Origin: Octopus sinensis | Taxonomy: Eukaryota | Length of the DNA stretch: 64,000 nt | Direction: 5' to 3' | Assembly: GCF_006345805.1 (NCBI RefSeq) | Contig: NC_043003.1 | Span: 64,170,001-64,234,000, forward strand | Part shown: positions 26,939 through 40,896 of the stretch, in pieces | How the letters are laid out: the number at the start of each line of letters is the position of its first letter | Position numbering within the stretch: the first letter of the stretch is position 1 | Position numbers and translations under genes: made by a program | Notes under the pieces: model-generated | Told to the model about the DNA's origin: nothing | What the model saw: only the letters and a program-made list of their open reading frames with translations | The model's database searches: none

Positions 26939-27500
26939 GAGTGAGAGAGCAGTTCATGCCATCAAAGTGACACTGGGGTAAAATATACGAAGCTCAGCAT
27001 ACCCATCATGACTACCCGTCTGATAAGGGTACACTAGGTATATGCATCACAATCATATGTGCGCTACATGGTGATCTCATATCAAGATAAACAGCGCATG
27101 ACCTTGCAGGTGGGGCCCAGTTAGAATTTTCTTCTGGTCGAGTAGCCAGCCGATCCCACTCAAAAGGTCCCTGAATGAGCATTGTTTAAGGATGTTGAAC
27201 GAACCACCCATGTTTCCAAAGGTGAATTATCCAAACCTCCAAGAATTCCTTTCAACACACAACTATGATGCTCCCCCACTACTTCTGCTCGTGATCAGAG
27301 ATGCACATATCATCAGCCACTAATGGACATGCTCAACTAGTTACGGTCAAACAACTGATAAGCAAATCTGTGGTATTGAGCAGAATATTTGCTGCAGCCC
27401 ATCTTTTATACTAAGACAAAACAATGTACAGGATAACACTTCCAATCAGTTAAGATCTGAAGCCATGAGAGCCACTGCCTGGTACTGCATCAGGGCATAT
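26938..27500 (-). mobile_element. (AAT)n-tailed dispersed retro-element (truncated copies 45437-45665 and 2497-2537)
   Basis: GAGTGAGAGAGCAG..CATGCCATCAAAGTGACACTGGGGTAAAATATAC... directly after (ATT)n in all copies. Confidence 0.7.
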
Positions 27501-30376
27501 ATTATTATTATTATTATGAATATTATTATTATCAGGGTAGTAAGCTGGTGGAATCATTAGTCCATCAGACAAAATGCTTAGTTACATTTCTTCTGGCTTT
27601 TAACATTTCAAGTTCAAATCTCACTGAAATCATCATTGATTTTCATCCCTGGGATAATGTAATCACCTTGCCCCTCCCCTCAAATTGCTGGCTTTGAACC
27701 TTGCAATGGACCAGTATCTCATTCAGGAAAATGTTGTGGTCTTGGTCATTTATATCATCATCATTTAACATGTTTTCCATGCTGGCATGGGTTGGATGGT
27801 TTGACTGAATCTGGAAAGCCAGCAGCTGCACCAGGCTCCAATCTGATCTGGCAAGGTTTCTACAGTTGGATGCCCTTCCTAACGCCAGCTACTCCAAGAG
27901 TGTAGCGGATGCTTTTTACATGCCACTGGCATAGGAGCCAGTCAGGCGGGCCTGGCATCAATCACGTTTGGATAGTGATTTTTACGTACCACCAGCCTGG
28001 GAGCCAGTCAGGGTGTACTGGCATTGGCTTTAAAGGTAGCGATTCTCATTGAAACAAACATGATATTAAATAATTCTCCATCATACGTCTACTAAAAACT
28101 TTAACATACTTCCAAAATGGGACTTCATCTATGTTTATCTATGTGTGTCTATGTATAGGTATGTATGTGTGTGTGTGTGTGTGTGTGCTGGGTGGTAAGG
28201 GATGTGTGAATCAAATTTGGAATTTTTCATATGAAATTTGAAATTAATTAATTTTTTGTTTGCCATATTGTTAATCTCCCTATTTTCCCATGTAGATCAA
28301 AAAAAACATTTCGAAAAATGTTAAAAATTTTTAATTGGGGGGGGGGAGGGGGAAATTTAAAATTTCGAAAATGTGATTTTTTGCATATTCAGAATCTCCA
28401 TCATCAAAATCCTAGGAATCAGCTGAGGAAAAAAAAATTCTGAAAGCTCGTTTTTTTGGGGGGGAGGGAGGTGGTGACTGTCGTCCAGCTCCACCATATT
28501 TTGTCTATCTTATTATTCTGAGTTCAAAGGCTGCTGGGGTTATCTTTGCCTTTCATCTTTTTGGGATCAATAAAATAGGTACTAGTTGAGTACTGGGGTC
28601 AATGTAATCAACTCCCACGTCCCCCCCAAAAAAACTTGCTGGCCTTGTGCCAAAATACGAAACCAGTATCAAAGATGAGAATAATGATGATGAAGACATG
28701 AAGAGACAATGATGATGATGATGACACACTCAAGCCTTATTGATCTTCATCTGCATTAAATGTGCTTTATGGATGCTGTATTAAAATGTTAGCAAAGTGA
28801 AAATGAATTAAAGAAAAGTTTTGTCTTTATATTTGGTTTGCAAGATTCATGATGTGAATCTGTATGCTGAAACATAAAAGTATCTTGGGAGGGTCATTAT
28901 GCCAATAATAAACACATCCACTGGTTCTGTTTCACTTCTTTATCTGTTAATCAGTAAATCACTTAACCCATTAAGTAATCAATTGTTTGATTAGTTGCTT
29001 AATCAATCAACCAATCAATCAGCTGGTTTTATCAAAGTCCTTTTGTAACCATTTGCAACATCATCAATGACACACCCACTCTACCCCAGGTCTGCCTGTC
29101 TCATATTTTGCAGATTCTATATTTATATTTATACAGATGTAATTGAGTACATAAGTGAAAGAGTGAGGTTGGTGGAGGAGGGGGAAAATTACAGAAAGTT
29201 TAAGATAAAATCTTCAAAGAAATATTATCCTACTTTTACAATTAAATTAGCTAATTTTTAATTCAATAACACACTTCATAATCCTAAATAAAACCCGTAC
29301 TTAATGCTCTTTAATTTTGTAAAGCTTATTATCTCTATCCAGATTATCTCAAGTAACGAGATACTGCTGACCATTCAGTAATGCATTTCACTGATATCAA
29401 ACATACGAGTGAAATGCTACTAGCCTTCACTGCTGACCTCTGTCCATTACACTCTTATCCCCTCTTGTTACCTTTTACTTTCTCCCCCTTCATTTTTTAT
29501 TGTTGGTGTAGTTTTCTTAATTTCCACTCTCACTAAACCCTAATCTGTTTATCAAGCACCACCAGAAAACAGCTCATTACTCTCTCCCTACATCTCACTC
29601 ACTCCCCCTTCCATTTTTCTCTTTCTCTCTCTCTCTCTCTCCCCAATGAGGGAGCCTTTACATTATTGCTCAACCTATTAGAAATAGCAGAAACAAAGAT
29701 TCACACACACACGACAAACTTCTTTCAGTTTCCATTTACCAAATCCACCCACAAGACTTTAGTCTGCCCAAGGCTATAGGAAGACACTTGCTCAAGGGGC
29801 CATGCAGTGGGATTGAACCTGGAACCATGTGGTCAGGAAGCAATCTTCTTACCACACAGCTATGTCTGTGATAAAATGCTTAAAGCATGCAAACTGCTTT
29901 GCAAAAATATTTCAATTTCTTTACAACATAGCTTAATAGAAATCCAAGGACTGAATTGAAAATCATTTGGTTGCTTCCCAACCATATGGTCTTTGGTTCA
30001 GCCCCACTTGGCAGCACTTTGAACAAGTGATTTCTATTAGCCCTGGGCCAACCAAAACCTTGTGAATGGAATTGGCTGGCAGAAACTGAAGTATTAAGAC
30101 TGGTCCCTCAGGTGGTGAAAAGCATGTGTGGAGGTGCCATGTAAAAGTGCCTGTGTAATGCCACATAAAAACGGCCATGCGGTGCCACGTAAGAGCACCC
30201 AGCGACACTCTGTAAAGTGGTTGACAGTAGAAAGGGCATCCAGCCATAGAGGACCATGCCAAATCAGATTGGAGTCTGGTGCAGCTCTCCAGCTCTAGCC
30301 AAACCATCCAACCCATGCCAGCATGGAAAATGGACATTAAATGATATGATGATGATGATGATGAAGATGGTATATA

Positions 30377-30601
30377 CCCGGTTGGCCAGAAGTCAACAGA
30401 CAGTAAACCAAAACCACTTAATTCCAAGATTTATTTATGTTTTAACAACTGAATGAATTTAATAAAAGCATCTAAATATGAAACATGAAAATTGTTCAAA
30501 CTGAAGTCATTCGTGAGTGACATGCTTTTCCATTTGAGTCAATACAGAATTACAGATATTAATTATGGAATTTTGATTTACTGCCGGGTGACTTTTGGCC
30601 A

Positions 30602-30607
<6 letters not shown>
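30377..30607. mobile_element. Tc1/mariner-type MITE about 400 bp upstream of the terminal exon
   Basis: TA|CCCGGTTGGCCAGAAGTCAACAGACAGTAAA ... TTTACTGCCGGGTGACTTTTGGCCAACCCTA|TA; imperfect ~30-bp TIR. Confidence 0.75.
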
Positions 30608-30643
<36 letters not shown>

Positions 30644-31019
30644 TATATGTATGTGTATGTATGTGTGCTCCTTTATCTTGAATCATGATTATAAACAAAC
30701 ATCACCATCACACAAGTGATGTTGATCATTTCCAGTCTTCAGTGGTGGATATGCCATGGAAGAAATATTACCTTGCTTCAAAATAGATGAGGGTTGGTGA
30801 CAGGAAGGGCATCTGGCCATAGAAAATCTGCCTCAGCAAATTGTATCTGACCCATACAAACATAGAAATGTGGACGTTAAATGATGATGAACCCTTAATC
30901 ACTTTCATATAAATAAATTATGAATGTTTAATTGACAAAAATGCATATAAAAACAAAAGAAATCTAGTAGTTTTTCCAGAATTTTCTTTTTGCTAAAGTA
31001 ATCTCTATTTCTTTTGCAG

Positions 31020-31437
31020 AGTTGCCAGTATGCAAGATGCTGCTTTGAAAGAAAAACGTCCCAGCATTCTTCAGGAACATATTCGCAATCTTCGAAAATC
31101 TCCAACAAGCGGCAAATTCTGGTTAATCGATAACGAGAGTGGTTTACTGGATGCTTATGATTTACTTTATCGCGACAAAATAAGTGGGAAGAATTTTGTT
31201 TCATTCCACCAACAAATGCTGAAGACAATGTGCATATTTCAGAAATCCGTTGCCGACTCACTTCAGACACTGAAGAGCTTATCAGCCCCTCACTTAAAAC
31301 TCGAAGACTTTGCTCGATATCATGAACCTTTATTAAACAAAATACCAAAGGACTACACATATTCTCTGTTCAAGTCAATGTTCTCAAAAAGATTAGCTGA
31401 AGTTTCAAATTGGATTGAGTACTGTAAGACAAGATGA
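31020..31437 (+). CDS. FJX1: Terminal coding exon of the four-jointed/FJX1-like kinase
   Basis: Acceptor ctatttcttttgcAG|a at 31019/31020. The phase-2 A completes AGA (Arg) with the previous exon. Frame (R)VASMQDAALKEKRPSILQEHIRNLRKSPTSGKFWLIDNESGLLDAY...MCIFQ...HEPLL...KRLAEVSNWIEYCKTR* contains the four-jointed DNE(S/A)GL motif, CxF, HEP and the C-terminal Cys pattern. Confidence 0.92.
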
Positions 31438-31555
31438 CAAATACATTCTACTATAGACTGAAGAAACATGTACATACAATATTGTGAAATAATACAAATG
31501 TAAATATTGATAATAATAATTATTGGCCATTGAAAAAAAGAGAAAAACTAAAAAT

Positions 31556-31561
31556 AATAAA
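31556..31561 (+). promoter_or_regulatory. Candidate polyadenylation signal of the FJX1-like gene
   Basis: AATAAA about 120 nt after the stop codon, followed by a GT/T-rich tract. The region is AT-rich, so a chance match is possible. Confidence 0.4.
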
Positions 31562-33149
31562 TTATTTGTGTCACATGATGTTTTTGTTGCTTGTCTTAAT
31601 ATCAGTTTTGTTTTTGTTCTTGTTGCTGAGCCTTGTGTAAGCCCTTACCAAGCAGATCAATGATCGAAGGCATTCCAGTTATGACCATCCAGCTATGACT
31701 ATCTAGTCTTAATATGTATCTAGGACTACATTGTCTAATATGTGCTTCTCTTTTGAAGATAGTACAGTGTGATCTGAGGGAATTTGGCTGCTATTTCAGC
31801 AGGTTGATCAACAGTGCGGAAGTTCCCTCATCAGCTCGTAATATCATCATTTTTTTGATGTTGGTGATATCAATACGAAATATATGTTCCTTCCAGAATA
31901 AAACTTCTAGGAGATATTCATTGTTTTGTTGTTGCTCTTTTGCTTTTTTTGGGGTATAGATTCAAATTGTACATCATCATCACTATCACCATCATAATCA
32001 TCACCATCATCACTATCATCATCACCATTATAATCATCACCATCACCACCACTATCACTTTTATGTCCACTTTGGCACAGGCATAGTTGTAGCTGTGTGG
32101 TAAGAAGCTTCCTTCAGTTTCTGTCTACCAAATCCACTCACAAGGCTTTAGTTGGATCAAGGCTATAGTAGAAAACACTTGCCCAAGGTGCAACGCAGTG
32201 GGACTGATTGTATGTATGTGTATGTGTATGTATGTGTATGATTGTATGTATGTGTGTGATACTGCCCTGATACCATGTGATAGTTGTAAGCGTCACCCTC
32301 AAGCAAGCAGTATCCTTTATTTCCAATCTTGCTTAAAAACATGTCTGGCCATGGGAAAATATTACCTTACTTGGAAACAGATAAAGAGTCTTTGGCAGGA
32401 AAGGCATCTGGATATAGAAAGTCCATCTCAGCAAATCCATCCAGTCCATGAAAAAATGCCAAAGTGGACACTAAATGGTGATGAACAATTATGATTTGTA
32501 CTTTGCATTTGGATGGGTTGTCATGGTGCAAGTAAATTCTTTTGATGTAATACTTTCCTTAATGAGTCAAAGACAATATTTTATTCCTTTGTTCCATACT
32601 TGGTATGATTTCTATAAAGTCAATCACGTTACAGTGTTTATTGGATGCATTTTATCTTGACACAATCATCATTATCATCATCCAGTGTTTTAAATGCGGG
32701 TTTTGTCCCCATTAACGAGGGTGGCTGGATCTATCTCAATGCCAGAGCAACCAAGGTAGGCAGGTGCAGCCCACCCAAACCTCTGGACTGGCTGGTGCCC
32801 ATTTTCCTTTGCTATCATGAGGTTTTTTTTGGGAGCTGGATTTTCTATGAGGAGCATGCCCTTGCTAACCCCCAACCTCAGTTTCTAGACATGAGTGGTC
32901 CCACGACCAAGGCTACTACCAAGATTTTTAAGAAATGTTGTGGAAAACTAGCTCAAGAAGGCAAGGACACTACTCACTGAGACCCCCTTTTGGAGCCCCC
33001 CTACCAATACAAGGGAAAATTCTAATAACATATACACAACAAACACTCACTATATTAGTGCTGCATTTGGTAATGAGAAGGTTAAGTGGAAATATCTGAC
33101 TATGGGACCTCCCACCATTGGTTTTCCTTTCCATTTAAGTTTTAAAAGA

Positions 33150-33870
33150 AATAACTCTCATTGTTGCAACTATCAACATTAGTGTCACAAAAGATAGACA
33201 TGGTGAAATTATAAAGGTGCCAGAACATGGGTGAGTAGATGTATGTTGCATGCAAAAGGTGAGATGGAGGAGAGCTTAAGCCAGACTCCTTACAGGCAAA
33301 AAACATGGGTATGTTACAATGCTGGTTTAGGTGGAACAGGCATACTGGTGACTGAGAAATGGATAGATAATGCAACCGAAGTAGCCAGAATATGTGAGAA
33401 ACTATAGACTAGTTACTGGAAAAGCAAAAGCAACAACATCTCTGCTTATATACCACAAATGCAATTGACAGATGATTAAGGAAGTCACTTGGATAACAAA
33501 CAACAAGGAGATCATTATCTTGGCTGGTAACTTCCGCTGATTACATCGAATAGATGGGGATGATTAATATGGTTAACAGAAATGCAAACAAATTACAGCT
33601 TCTGGAATTCTGTAATGCTAACAAGCTAACCATTTGTGACACACACTTCAAGAAATCAACCAATCACTTCCTCATATATCAATTACGTAAAGCCTATTAG
33701 CCAGATAAACTTTATTCTTATCAGGGAATGCGATAAACAGTTGGTTGTAGATAAGTTTTCCTCCTCGGTGAAGAATGTACCACTCAATATGAGGTAGGGA
33801 TTAGTGATTTCAGATTAAGGGCCAAATGGACTGAAAAATAAAAGATGGTCAGGAGAAGGAAGGTGTGACG
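33150..33870 (+). mobile_element. RTE-clade LINE apurinic-like endonuclease remnant
   Basis: VDVCCMQKVRWR...GGTGILVTEKWID...ISAYIPQ...IILAGNF...LLEFCNANKLTICDTHFKK...SQINFILIR; multiple stops. Confidence 0.7.
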
Positions 33871-35989
33871 AGTGAAAAACCCTTCAGCAAGTTTGACTGT
33901 GTAGTTAAGAAGCTCATTTGCAACCACATGATTTCAGGTTCAGTCTCTTGGACAAGTGGCTTCTATCACAGCCCAGGGTCAACTAATTGCCTCGCGACTG
34001 AATTTGGTAAATGGAAATTGTGTGGAAGTCTGTTTCGCATGTGCACATGTGTGTGTGTGTGTGCATGCATGTGTGTATGTGTGCATGCATGTGTATGACT
34101 GTGTTTGTGTATGCCACCCTTCTGTGTGACAACTGGTGCTGGTTTGTTTATACCGCTGTAACTTAGCAGTTCAGCAAAAGAGACTAATAGAATAGGCTCC
34201 AGACTCAAACAAGACCATACGTACTTGGATCGATTTATTCAACTAAAACCCTTCAAGGCAATGCTCCAGTATGGCCACAGTCCAATGACTGAAGGTTAGA
34301 AAAGATACAAATATATAAGGATTCTATGTGGGGCATTTGGTGAAAAGAAAATGGAAGAGATAGAAACCTGTAATACAGAGGACTATTTTTATATTTCTTT
34401 ATTGCCCACAGGGGCCTAAACATAGAGGGGAAAACAAGGACAGACAAAGGGATTAAGTCGATTACATCTACCCTAGTCAATAACTGGTATTTATTTAATC
34501 AACCTTGGCAGAATTTGAACTCAGAACGCAACAGCTTACGAAATACCGCTAAGCATTTCACCCAGCATGCTAACAATTCTGCCAGTTTGCCACTCTATTG
34601 GGAGTCTCCACTAGATTCCAGGCCAGAAAAAAGTTCCAGCTGGATGTCAGGTAACATGATAATGTATTGTTTTGTTTTTTTGGTTTTTTTTTTTAGTGCT
34701 AGGGCTCATAAGGCTGGTTATCAGGGTTCTCCAGTATATAAGTGACCAAAACCAAAACATTGCCCCTGAACATGATGCCAATACATTCCAAGGTTCAAGG
34801 CCAGTAGTCTTTGTAGGTAGGGGTCATGTCGATTGCATTGACCCCAATATTGACTGGTACTTTATTTTATGAACTCCAAAAGGATTGAAGGCAAAGATGA
34901 TCTTGGTGGGGTTTGAACTTAAGGCATAAAGAGCCAGAAGAAATGCTGCTAAGCAATTTGTCTGACATATTACCAATTCAGCCAACTTGCCCTGTTAATA
35001 CACAGAGCCATAAAAGCTAAAAGACAAGTGTGAAATGAGTGAATGTCAGGAGGAATCAAAGAACAATATCATATTGCTAGAAAAGTTAGACAACTAAGGA
35101 TGGAGAAAAGCCAAAATCAAGGGATTTGCTAGAAATTTGCGATCAGAGGTGAGAGGTATTTCAGATAGCAGAGTGTCAGTGCAAAAAATGGTTAATCAAA
35201 ATTTTGTTAGGTAAAAGTATATTCAAAATTCTTCTTTTCTACTCTCGGCACAAGGCCCGAAATTTATGGAGAGGGGGCCAGTCAATTAGATTGACTCCAG
35301 TATGCAACTGGTACTTAATTTATTGATCCCAAAAGGATGAAAGGCAAAGTCCACTTCAGTGGAATTTGAGCTCAGAATGTAAAGACAGATGAAATACCAC
35401 TAAGCATTTCGTCCAGAGTGCTAATGTTTCTTATTTCTTTATTACCCACAAGGGGCTAAACATAGAGGGGACAAACAAGGACAGACAAAGGGGTTAAGTC
35501 AATTACATCGACCCCAGTGCATAACTGGTACTTAATTTATTGACCCCGAAATTATGAAAGGCAAAGTCGACCAAGGCAGAATTTGAACTCAGAAAGCAAA
35601 GACAGACAAAATACCACTAAGCATTTGCCCAGCGTGCTAACGTTTCTGCCAGCTCACAAGGCTTTGGTCAGCCCGAGGCTATAGCAGAAGACACTTGCCC
35701 AAGGTAACACACAGTGGGAATGAACCTGGAACCATGTGGTTGGTAAGGAAGCTACTTAGCACACAGCCACTCCTGCACCTATACATAAGTTTTGAATTAA
35801 AATCTTCCAGTCACAATTTATGTTCCTAACACTAGCTGAATGATAACTAAGTTATTTTATTAAATTCTTTGTTATATTTAAAGTAATTGAAAGAAATACA
35901 GAGCATCTCAAAATAAATACGGAAACAAAAAGGTTAAAGAAGTTTCAAATGTAGAAACAAAGCCTACAATCAAGAGGTATCAGTGTAAA

Positions 35990-36400
35990 CATGGTAAAGA
36001 TTGAAGTTTTAGTAAGAAAGAAAGAAGACCAAACCTGACAACTATCAGGGATGTGGCCAGGCTCAATATGCAGAACCCTAACACTTTATTTTGCAATCTG
36101 ATCTCTGATAGGTAACATGATAGTGAAATGCATCTGTAGATAGAGCCACATAATGAATCAATGTGATCTATGGACACAGAAGAGATGTAGGGGAATCAAA
36201 GATAAGGTTGTCAATGAATAAATAGTTCGTTTGTTGTTGATGCACAGGAATAATTAGCAGTCAAAGCACCAGTAAGATAAATTTCTTCCAAACTCAGAAG
36301 ACTCCACAGAGAAGGAGTGCTTCCTGAAAGTAATTCCATCAATAAAAGAGAGTGGAAAAATTTAGGGATTTATTACTGATACTAACAGGAGCTTCTATCT
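35990..36400 (-). mobile_element. Degenerate CR1/Jockey-group LINE endonuclease remnant
   Basis: Minus-strand fragments DAFHYH (cf. GDFNxH) and GHIPD...FFLT (cf. PTHIPD...LDLFLT); heavily decayed. Confidence 0.35.
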
Positions 36401-37530
36401 TCAACTAAAGAAGAGATAGGATGATGTTTGTGTATGATCTGTAATACAGAGGGCTGTGCAAAGGACAGCTAAGGAAGCAAACATACTTCACTGAATATCT
36501 ACTATTTGTATGTGTGAATGATGTGATATAGATAAGTTGAGCAAAAAGATGGGTATAAAACAAATCAAATGAGTGAATTTCTACTGACATGTAATCATCA
36601 TCATCATCATCATCATGAAGCATGAAATATTTTTCCATAGCCGAACATGTTTTCACTGAAGATTGAAAGCAAAGGACGTTGTTCATATGATGAAACGTAT
36701 TTACAAGTATCACGTAAAGTCAAGCCAAGGAGACAAGGAACATATACATACACATATACATTTATATATAAATATATAGAGAGAGGAGACCTCCTTCGGT
36801 CATGAATGACCATGGGATTGCACCTAGAAAGTTACCCTTCGATGCAAAAGTTCGGGCAAGGTTGTTTGTGGAAGGCCAGCACTCACCCATGCATACCAGC
36901 CTCCCCTTTTCACACCACTGATGTTATCCAAGATAAAGGCAAAGGCCGATACAGCTTGGCACCAGTGATGTCGCAACTCATTTCTACAGCTGAGTGAACT
37001 GGAGCAACGTGAAATAAAGTGTCTTGCTCAAGAACACAACACAGTCCGAGAATCAAACTCACAACCTCACGATCATAAGCTCAACACTCTAACCACTGAG
37101 CCATGCACCTTCACTATATATATATATATGATGGGCTTCCACACAGTTTCTGTCTACAAAATTCACTGATAAGGGCTTTAGTCAGCATGGAATAATAGTA
37201 AACACACTTGCCCAGAGTGCCATGCAATGGAACTGAACCTGAAACCATGTGGTTGGGAAAGCAAACTTCTTATTACATACCCATGCCAGCACCTATTTTG
37301 ATCTTTGAACTCATGTCCTCTTGCTTAAGTACAATGAATTGCTCCTAACACACAACACCTATCTCAGCTACACTTCCCTTCCAAGTGTTGCCAAATAATA
37401 TAATTAAAGGTTGTAAAAATTAATGAAAGAAAAGCATTGTAGCTTGCTTGAAGTTAAATTACAAAATGGTGAAAATGAGGAGCTTTTTATAATGTGGAAA
37501 GGAGAAAATTAATAATTTTTATATATTTCA

Positions 37531-37659
37531 GGCACAAAGGCCTATCATCAGAAGTAAAGATTCAGGAAAAGTTTGTCTATATAGTATTAGCCATATTGAC
37601 TGGCACTATACAGACTAACGTATCTTGACAGCATGTTTCCGATGATGGGCCTTTGTGTC
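37531..37659. repeat. Short element with 23-bp imperfect terminal inverted repeats
   Basis: GGCACAAAGGCCTATCATCAGAA ... TTCCGATGATGGGCCTTTGTGTC (3 mismatches); no clear TSD. Confidence 0.55.
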
Positions 37660-37959
37660 AAAAATATTAAGATTATTAAATTTCGATTCCAGTTGTCTAT
37701 ATAGGTAGAAATATTATCTTACTTGGAAACAGGTATATAGTTGTAGAAAAAATCCACCATCTGATCCATGAAAACGGGAAAAAATGGACATTAAAATGAT
37801 GATAATGGTTGTGGTGATTGTGATAATGATGATGGTGGTGGTGGTGGTGATTAGTGTTATTTTGTCTCCTTAATTTTCTTAGTACAGTTGGGCTACAGCT
37901 TGTGAGCCATAGCCAGTTGACACATTTCTCAGAGGCTTTGTTAACCCTAACCCCATCCA

Positions 37960-38077
37960 CAATAACATATTAACCCCACTGCTTCTCCTGTGCACCATAT
38001 GTGACATAGTCCCCTGGCATCAATAACATAACCCCACTGCTTCTCCTGTGCGCATACAAGACATAGTCCCTGGCGTC
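37960..38077. repeat. Local tandem duplication of about 60 bp
   Basis: CAATAACATA..AACCCCACTGCTTCTCCTGTGC...GACATAGTCCC.TGGC twice. Confidence 0.8.
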
Positions 38078-39248
38078 CATGCATCCAATACGATACAGTT
38101 TCCCAATATTTTTCAACCACTAGAATAACTTAGGACTTAGGAAAGGAAAGCCTTGTATTGTTCAAAACATTTGCAACAAGAACTAACAAAAAATCTGAAA
38201 AGAAGCATGGATGTTTAAACAAACTTAAGAAAATGCTTTGGACAGGCAAAGGGTTAATGAAACAACACTTTTAAGAGTTCTGTGAACACACATCTTGTTA
38301 GATTTTTGGCAAACAACTTGTAGACGCAAGTGCTACCAGTTGAAAGCCCTGTATACCAAACGCTAGCAGGCTTATGGGGGTCATCAGGAGAGAATGTGTA
38401 CTGTTTCGGGACCTTCCTCTGAACAGCATAATCACCGAGATGAGGCACTGTCTGCTAAATCAACTGGTTTCATTCAATATTCTTCTAGCCATTGCTCATC
38501 GTCTCTCATTAACCAAATCCAGTAGCTTGCCATCTTCATTGTATTCTGGATATCACTCATAATGGTATTTTAACATTAACAGTGTATTACATAATTTAAG
38601 GGCAATACTCTGTATGTCCTTGCCACATTGTACATTTTCACACATGTCACAGCAGTTCAGTGTTGTTTACAATTATCTTCTCAATTTAACATTTTCAGTT
38701 CAAGATTAGGGATTTTAAAGCTTTAAATTTGTAAAATAAACTCCACTTTTTATCCTCCAGGTTTACATTAAGTAGCTTTTTATTATCTTCCTGTTACCAT
38801 ACTGAAAAAGCAATGGTTCAAATAAACGACAAAAATCTTGCTTTATTTGAACATAAACCATATACTGGCATGGCAGAAACCTTATCTATTAAAAAAAAAA
38901 AAAATTCCATCAACTCGACTAACGAATGATAAGCTCTAAATATTGTCTTCAGGCAAGTTATGAAATCTTTCATATAAATTGCCTGAAGAATATTCAACAA
39001 GAAGTATTAAAACTGTTATATATAATCAATTTTACAACTTGTTGTTTGTAATTTTGTATTATTTGTTCGAAGTATTTTTCCTGCAAATAAAAATTATCAT
39101 GAAAGTATATTTTTTATAAAAAATATGGTTTCTTTTAATATAAAAGTGTAAAGTAACTTATTGGATGCATTCAATATAAACTCTACACATTATTTTCTGT
39201 ATTACACAGTTTTATAACCAAATATATTGTATCCTACCTGTTTGATGC

Positions 39249-39290
<42 letters not shown>

Positions 39291-39469
39291 CATCATCATT
39301 AACATCATTATCAGTATCATCACCACCATCTTCATTATCATTACTACCATTATTATATTCTCTTTGTTATGATATTCTGATATCAAACTAGCTTTATGTA
39401 TGAAATGGGAAAATGCCAAGAGACTGTGAAAAAACATCAAAGTATTTTTTAATGCGAATTAAACCTGAG

Positions 39470-40100
39470 GACAGTACCTTGGGGCCCAGCTGTCTCTCCC
39501 CAAATTTTTCCTTCTCTACATCAATAATTTACAACTACATCTAACAACAACCATTCTTAATATAGCTAATACTACACTCCACTCCACTTTCTCTCAGCTT
39601 CCATTTACTTACAAATCCTCTGCCTCATGAAGCTGGAACGTATTTTGCAGACGTACATAGACTACATGACCAGGGAGGCTTAAGAGATATTCATGACCAT
39701 AGTTCACTACTACAGAACATGAAATTAAAGCTACCAAACTCCTACCAAAAATGCCAAGACTTATACTGTTTTTAATTTTTATCTTTGTAGCAGGAGGGTA
39801 ATAAAATACAGATGCTCTTACCCCGAGATGAAATCAGACCAAAATATCCAGCTTCACTTCACAAAAATCAGCAGAACTCAATAGTCATACCCACGTGTGT
39901 ACACTAGCCCAGCCTCAGGCCAGACACTGCTCTCTTTAGAAGATTCCTTGATGAAGAAAGAGGCTGTTCTTCAAATACCCAGCTTCTTGATGTGATGTCA
40001 CTTCTACTCGCTCCTGGTCCTCACATCTTACTTCCTCCCACATTCCATACCCGATGTCTTCCTTTGCTCCTCCACACAATGTTATACTTGTTTCAGTCAT
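39470..40100 (+). mobile_element. Degenerate CR1/Jockey-group LINE reverse transcriptase remnant
   Basis: GAQLSLPKFFLLYINNLQLHLTTTILNIANTTLHSTFS aligns with GxSxLSPxLFLLYINDL...YADDxTLHSxF. Confidence 0.5.
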
Positions 40101-40234
40101 AGGACTGTGGCCTGAAGGGTTAGGGTTGAACAAATTCCCACAGTTCTTATTAGTCTCTTACCTATTCTATAGGTCCCTTTTACCAAACTGCTGGGTTATA
40201 CAAATATAAACAAACCAACACCAGTTGTTAAGCA

Positions 40235-40334
<100 letters not shown>

Positions 40335-40556
40335 GGCGAGCTGGCAGAAACGTTAGCATGCCGGGCAAAATGCTTAGTGGTAATTCGTCTGCGTTACGTT
40401 GTGAGTTCAAATTCCGCCGAGGTCGACTTTGCCTTTCATCCTTTCGGGGTCGATAAATTAAGTACCAGTTACGCACTGGGGTCGATGTAATCGACTTAAT
40501 ACCTATGTCTATCCTTGTTTGTCCCCTCTGTGTTTAGCCCCTTGTGGGTAATAAAG

Positions 40557-40593
<37 letters not shown>

Positions 40594-40861
40594 TCATCAT
40601 CATTTAACATCCATTGTCTATGATGGCATGGGTTAGACAGCTTGATGAGGACTGGAAGGCTGCACCAGACTCCAGTCTGTTTTGGTATGGTTTCTACAGC
40701 CGGATGCCCTTCCTAATGCCAACCACTCCAAGAGTGTAATGGGTGCTTTTATGTGTCACCAGCATGGGTGCCATTTGTATGACATCAGTATCTGTCACAA
40801 CTGCAGTTTTACTTGGCTTGATGGATCTTTTCCTTAAGCACGACATGTGTGTGCGTATTTG

Positions 40862-40896
<35 letters not shown>

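Larger units (their letters stand above)
12036..31019 (+). other. 18,984-bp GT-AG intron of the FJX1-like gene (phase 2, within the Arg codon of the D-R motif)
   Basis: GTAAG donor, polypyrimidine tract plus CAG acceptor; the splice restores ...ANYD-R-VASM... with no missing motif. Confidence 0.85.
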
